NCBI RefSeq assembly: GCF_000196555.1
Contig: NC_015067.1
Span: forward strand, 840,001 to 872,000
From: Bifidobacterium longum subsp. longum JCM 1217
GTDB lineage: Bacteria; Actinomycetota; Actinomycetes; Actinomycetales; Bifidobacteriaceae
Length of the DNA: 32,000 nt
Direction of reading: 5' to 3'
Shown here: piece by piece, positions 26,804 through 32,000 of the stretch
Position numbering within the stretch: position 1 is the first letter of the stretch
How the letters are laid out: every line of letters starts with the position of its first letter
Notes under the pieces: generated by a model
What the model saw: the letters and a program-made list of their open reading frames with translations, nothing else
Database searches by the model: none
Told to the model about the DNA's origin: nothing
Program-made: the position numbers and the translations under genes

Positions 26804-26951
26804 ACCTGAGACGACATAATCCTCAAGGATGAGGGCCGGCGCGTGGCCGACCGCCCAATTCAGTCTGGCGCACGATGGGGCGCGCCGTTATTTCTTCATA
26901 AGTTGGAATCATCATCCGGGCATAAGGCCCGGCCCAATATGGAGAGGCATT

Positions 26952-27743
<792 letters not shown>

Positions 27744-27784
27744 ACGCACTGTAGAAGCATTCGAAGAAGGGAACAGAATCCACC

Positions 27785-30427
27785 ATGTGGTCCATCACTT
27801 TGAAACTCATGCGAAAAACCAAGCGCATGCTCATACCCGCAGGCATCGCCATCATGATCGGCACGGCGTTCATCGCCAGCACCTTCCTGTTCGGCAATGC
27901 CATGAACGACTCCCTGACACGGCAGCTGACCGCCATGTTCGGAAACGCCAACTATGCGGTGAGCATCAACAGCTCCGACCTGAGCGATAAGGAACTCAAC
28001 GAGGCGTATTCCAGCACTGTCGGCGACTTTCATCTCGACCAGATCGCCGGCATCGAAGGGGTTGGCGGCGTCCGTGCCTCGGTGGAAACCGGCGTCAGCG
28101 TTTCCAAGGGAGACAGCACCGTCAGCGGCGAGATCATTTCCACCGCGGCACAGAAGAACATGCTCCCCGTGAATATCACGGAAGGGGACCAGCCGAAGGA
28201 TTCCAACGAAGTCGCGCTGCCGGAAGACATGGCGAAACAGCTGAACGTCGGCGTTGGAGACACTGTAAGCCTGACCTCCCGATATGCGGTAGGCGACGAT
28301 GGCAAAGCCAAGGCGGACAACGTGCGCGTGGTAGGACTCACATCCGATCCGAACGGCGCCTACTCATACTATGGTGGTGCGATCGTAGGATCCAACAATC
28401 TGCTTGCCGCAATGCAGGGAGTGGACGATTTCAACGCCACCGGAACAACAATGGTGTATCTCGACCTTGCCTTGGATGGAAACAGCGTATCCGCAAAAAC
28501 CATCAACGGTGTGAAAGCGTTGCTGCCAAAGCATTTCGATCTGATGTCACGACAGCAAATCAGTGACGAAAGCATCAAATCCTTAAGCGGCAACCAAACC
28601 AACATCGTCACCACATTCCTTATGTGCTTCGGCGTGCTTGCCATGTTCGTGGCGGCTCTGGTGATCGCCAACACGTTCCAAGTGCTCGTGGCGCAACGCC
28701 GCCGCACACTCGCCTTGCTACGCACCATCGGCGCAAAGAAAGGCCAACTGTATGGTTCCGTGCTGTTCGAAGCGGTGGTGCTCGGCTTCGTCGCATCCGT
28801 GCTTGGCGTGGTGCTGGGAAGCCTGCTCATGTGGGGCATGTGCGTCAGCGACATCATGCAAGAGGGTATGCGATTCAATTTCTCTTGGCAAGCCGCCGTC
28901 GTACCCATTCTTTTCGGTATTGTGGTGACGGTGCTCGCATCCTTGGGATCCGCACGTTCCGCTACTGCGGTGACACCATTGGAGGCATTGCGCCCGATCG
29001 AACTGACCGACAACCGTCGTTCCAGCCTCACGCGAGCCATAATCGGTATTCTGATGGTGGTGGTCGGTATCGCCATGGCAGTATTTTCCATCTGGCAGGT
29101 ACAAGCCACCAATGGCGGCGAGGAAGCGAACAGCGATCAATTCACGATGATTCTGCTCATAGCCATCGCCGGTGCCGCACTGGTGTTCCTCGGCATGGTA
29201 GTCACCGCGGTGTTTTGGATGCCGGCCCTCATGAAGGGCGTTGGAGCGTTGGCCTCGCTGACAGGCCCTTCCGCAACGGTTGCGCACGCCAACATTCAGA
29301 AGAATCCGCGACGCATCGCAGCAACCGGTGCCGCTCTGCTCATCGGCGTCACCCTGGTTTCCACCATCGCAACCGGTGCCGCTAGCGCCAAAGAGACTAT
29401 GAATGGTGCGCTCGCCACCCGTTATAGCGTCGACATCGTGGCCATGGGCGATGACATCAGTCAGCAAATGGTCAAGGATGTAGCCGACATCAACGGCGTG
29501 TCCGACACATTGTATGCGCCGGCGGTTTCCGTGACCTTGGAGAAAGCGGATGGAACCCAGCCTACGTCCGCATTGCTGGTCGGTGTGAAGAACATCGATC
29601 AGGTCAAGCAGGTCATGCGTGCCAACTTGGGTAACGCCTCCATCGACAGTGATAGCGTGCTCATGCCAACATACAATGCGCAAACCGGCAAGGAACTGCA
29701 GTTCGCCAATGGCACGGCTGATTTCTCCACCGAATGGAATCAGGACGGCGTCACTACGCGTTCGCTGACATTGCAAGCAAACCAAGCCGACTACCGTCGC
29801 GTATCCGCACAGTATGGAGCTGTCGGATTCGTGGATGAAAGCCATTTCACCAATGGTGACCTTGACGCCGCCACCCATGTGTTGCTGGTCAAGGCAGATA
29901 CTGACAAATCGGGAGTTTCCGTTGACGGCATCTACAACAACATGCAGGCCGCATTGGAGAAGAGCACTGATGCAACAGTGACCGGACCGATTGCCGAACG
30001 CATCGAATGGGCGAACATGATCGACTCCATGATGATGCTTCTGGTGGGGTTGATCGCCGTGGCCGTGCTCATCGCACTTGTCGGCGTAGCCAACACGCTG
30101 TCGCTGTCAGTGATCGAACGCACCCGAGAATCCGCCACACTGCGTGCCATCGGCATGACTCGAGGCCAGTTGCGACGCTCCCTCGCGGTGGAAGCCCTGC
30201 TCATCTCGCTGGTATCCGGCATCTCGGGCGTACTACTTGGCACCCTGTTCGGCTGGCTGGGCGCATACGTGGTGTTCAGTATGTACGGCAAAGTGGTGTT
30301 CCCGTTCGAATGGGGCATTAACGGCATCGTACTCGCCGTGGCAGCCGTGGCAGCATTGCTCGCCAGCGTATTCCCCGCACGCAGGGCAGTGAGCACGCCT
30401 CCTGTTGAGGCGCTCGCCGAAGCCTAA
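27785..30427 (+). CDS. ABC transporter permease with two FtsX-type (MacB-like) modules, 880 aa
   Basis: Two copies of the pattern TM, large extracytoplasmic domain, three TMs. FtsX hallmark motifs ANTFQVLVAQRRRTLALLRTIGAKKGQL and ANTLSLSVIERTRESATLRAIGMTRGQL. Confidence 0.9.
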   Translation: MWSITLKLMRKTKRMLIPAGIAIMIGTAFIASTFLFGNAMNDSLTRQLTAMFGNANYAVSINSSDLSDKELNEAYSSTVGDFHLDQIAGIEGVGGVRASVETGVSVSKGDSTVSGEIISTAAQKNMLPVNITEGDQPKDSNEVALPEDMAKQLNVGVGDTVSLTSRYAVGDDGKAKADNVRVVGLTSDPNGAYSYYGGAIVGSNNLLAAMQGVDDFNATGTTMVYLDLALDGNSVSAKTINGVKALLPKHFDLMSRQQISDESIKSLSGNQTNIVTTFLMCFGVLAMFVAALVIANTFQVLVAQRRRTLALLRTIGAKKGQLYGSVLFEAVVLGFVASVLGVVLGSLLMWGMCVSDIMQEGMRFNFSWQAAVVPILFGIVVTVLASLGSARSATAVTPLEALRPIELTDNRRSSLTRAIIGILMVVVGIAMAVFSIWQVQATNGGEEANSDQFTMILLIAIAGAALVFLGMVVTAVFWMPALMKGVGALASLTGPSATVAHANIQKNPRRIAATGAALLIGVTLVSTIATGAASAKETMNGALATRYSVDIVAMGDDISQQMVKDVADINGVSDTLYAPAVSVTLEKADGTQPTSALLVGVKNIDQVKQVMRANLGNASIDSDSVLMPTYNAQTGKELQFANGTADFSTEWNQDGVTTRSLTLQANQADYRRVSAQYGAVGFVDESHFTNGDLDAATHVLLVKADTDKSGVSVDGIYNNMQAALEKSTDATVTGPIAERIEWANMIDSMMMLLVGLIAVAVLIALVGVANTLSLSVIERTRESATLRAIGMTRGQLRRSLAVEALLISLVSGISGVLLGTLFGWLGAYVVFSMYGKVVFPFEWGINGIVLAVAAVAALLASVFPARRAVSTPPVEALAEA

Positions 30428-30447
30428 GCTTCATAGCAAACACAACG

Positions 30448-30485
30448 AAAAGGACTCCTGCCACAAACATGGCAGGAGTCCTTTT
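30448..30485. terminator. Bidirectional rho-independent terminator between the permease and the response regulator
   Basis: aaaaggactcctgcc-N8-ggcaggagtcctttt: 15-bp perfect stem with A-run and T-run flanks, usable from either strand. Confidence 0.75.
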
Positions 30486-30518
30486 CGCGTATCATGCATA
30501 CGCAAAACAACAAATCAA

Positions 30519-31265
30519 TCAGACCAAATGGTTTTCGTAAGCGAACACCACCGCCTGCACACGGTCACGCGCATTGATCTTCGCCAGAATATGCGCCACA
30601 TGCGTTTTCACCGTCGGCAGGCTGATGAAAAGCTTATCGGCAATCTCCTGATTCGACAATCCATGCGCGATCTCAATAAGCACTTCGCGCTCGCGATCGG
30701 TCAGTTCATCTAATTCCGGATCGGTGTACGTCGAATCAGAAGTGGAAGAAGCAGTGGAATTTCCATGTGCGCCAACATTCGCAGCCATGAAATCGCCTTC
30801 CATCATTTTCTCGATAAGACGTTTCGTGGCGGACGGTGCGATAATCGCATTACCTTGAAAAACCGTGCGAATCGAATTCAACAACGTTTCCGGTTCCGTA
30901 TCTTTCAGCAGAAAACCGGAAGCCCCGGCAGTGATCGCAGCCATAACATATTCATCCAAATCGAATGTCGTCAGAATGATCACTTTGGTATGAGTGACTT
31001 CTGATTGCGTTCCATCGGCAGCAAAGCGATGCTGCAACGCACTGATCTGCCGAGTCGCCTCAATACCATCCATGCCGGGCATACGCACATCCATCAACAC
31101 CACGTCAGGATGCAGCGTTTCCGCCAACGCCACAGCCTCTGCACCATCGCGAGCCTGCGCCGCAACCGTCATATCAGGCTGGGAGCCGATCACCATGGCG
31201 AAACCGGCGCGTACCAATTCCTGATCATCGGCAATGACCACACGAATCTTCTGTTCTTCACTCAT
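30519..31265 (-). CDS. Two-component response regulator, NarL/LuxR family
   Basis: ATG at 31265 preceded by GGTGGAG; the track start at 31274 is a GTG. Receiver domain intact (VIADDQ, VLMDVRMPGMDG, ILTTF, LLKD). C-terminal LuxR HTH (LTDREREVL...NQEIADKLFISLPTVKTHV). Confidence 0.9.
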   Translation of the reverse strand: MSEEQKIRVVIADDQELVRAGFAMVIGSQPDMTVAAQARDGAEAVALAETLHPDVVLMDVRMPGMDGIEATRQISALQHRFAADGTQSEVTHTKVIILTTFDLDEYVMAAITAGASGFLLKDTEPETLLNSIRTVFQGNAIIAPSATKRLIEKMMEGDFMAANVGAHGNSTASSTSDSTYTDPELDELTDREREVLIEIAHGLSNQEIADKLFISLPTVKTHVAHILAKINARDRVQAVVFAYENHLV

Positions 31266-31341
31266 ACTCTCCACCTTATCGGCATTGTTCCGCTCACAGC
31301 GCGAAACAAACCCTTAAATCTCCCTGAAAAACTTGAATCGG

Positions 31342-32000
31342 CTATCGAGGCACGCGCTGCAGCTGCTCCTCCAATGGTGCTGCGGGCCTCAACTGCAGTT
31401 CGCTCGCACTACCGGCATGAGCGTCATCGCTGAAACCAGTCTCACGAAGCACGCCAAGCAATTCGCGCATACGCTTAAGCGCGGCGCGCCCCTGCTCGCC
31501 AATGGCTTTGAACGCTGCGGAAATCTCGTCGGCGGTAGTCTCTTTGCCTTGTGCTTCGGCGCTATCCAGCATGCGGATACCATCGACGGCTTGACTAATC
31601 ACGCTGTTCAACGTGGCGGTGACTTCAGCCTGAATGCTGGCACTGATACGGTCACGTTCCATATTCGCCGCGAGAATACGCTGCTTCTCCTGCTCGGCCA
31701 CCAGTGCCTCTTCGCGAGCCTGCAACACCAGTGCGTTTGAATCACTGGAACGCGCCCAACGTGCCCACGCCATGATGCCGGCGCACAGCATCAGCACTGC
31801 AACCGTATACATGACGCCGGTAAAGAATGCTGCACTACTACTTGACGTGGCTGAAACCGGTTTTGTTAAGCCCACGGAAGCGGCGATGGCGCCGAACAAG
31901 GTAGTGTATCCGTGTTGATCAGCTGCGATTTTCAAGCCCATCAGAGCTGAACAGGTGACAGCGGCAAGACCGGTCCAACGCCATGCGTGTTCACGCCCAT
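31342..32000 (-). CDS. Membrane protein with a HisKA_3-like dimerisation domain lacking the conserved His, and no HATPase domain (5' end outside window)
   Basis: The frame stays open to the window edge upstream of the track's ATG at 31941. Hydrophobic segments are followed by ERDRISASIQAEVTATLNSVISQA...GRAALKRMRELLGVLRE. Stop at 31342, only 76 nt before the regulator ATG. Confidence 0.6.
   Translation of the reverse strand, partial: GREHAWRWTGLAAVTCSALMGLKIAADQHGYTTLFGAIAASVGLTKPVSATSSSSAAFFTGVMYTVAVLMLCAGIMAWARWARSSDSNALVLQAREEALVAEQEKQRILAANMERDRISASIQAEVTATLNSVISQAVDGIRMLDSAEAQGKETTADEISAAFKAIGEQGRAALKRMRELLGVLRETGFSDDAHAGSASELQLRPAAPLEEQLQRVPR

Noticed and set aside
26645-26885. Recurrent ATGGGG(T/C)GC 9-mers (about 26651, 26680, 26875) downstream of metY.
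   Set aside because: Short, irregularly spaced and GC-rich, so compatible with chance. No associated structure or gene.

Overview
High-GC actinobacterial chromosome segment. Gene content, order and protein sequences look like core Bifidobacterium-type housekeeping DNA; that genus assignment rests on my recall of these loci, not on a search. In order the window holds: nadE 3' end, a small conserved ORF, pflB-pflA, DUF3000-rnd, tig, a ClC-family channel, an orphan acidic ORF, clpP1-clpP2, clpX, two tandem identical tRNA-Arg(ACG), nhaA and a LOG-family gene. A long minus-strand block follows: yraN-comM-dprA-sdhA-sdhB-O-methyltransferase. After it come pdxK, metY, a MacB/FtsX-type ABC exporter, and a convergent NarL-type response regulator with a histidine-kinase-like gene. 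I see no transposase, integrase, phage gene, CRISPR array or recognisable defence or toxin-antitoxin gene, so I cannot point to a clear novel multi-gene system. Eight things are not explained by the ordinary gene calls. (1) A histidine-kinase-like membrane protein has Gln where the phospho-acceptor His should be and no ATPase domain, yet sits beside an intact response regulator and the ABC exporter. (2) Four DnaA-box-like 9-mers lie within 66 bp upstream of yraN-comM-dprA. (3) A C11A8 homopolymer lies between yraN and comM. (4) A 61-bp tandem repeat (3.3 copies, two identical) with internal hairpins abuts the LOG-gene promoter. (5) A GGCTCCCCTC-N3-GAGGGGAGCC palindromic repeat family occurs at four loci, with inverted copies bracketing the ClC gene. 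(6) sdhAB has no adjacent membrane-anchor genes. (7) A CRP/LacI-like palindrome lies upstream of pflB. (8) metY has a 473-bp structured leader. All family assignments come from reading motifs in the supplied translations; none was confirmed by a search.
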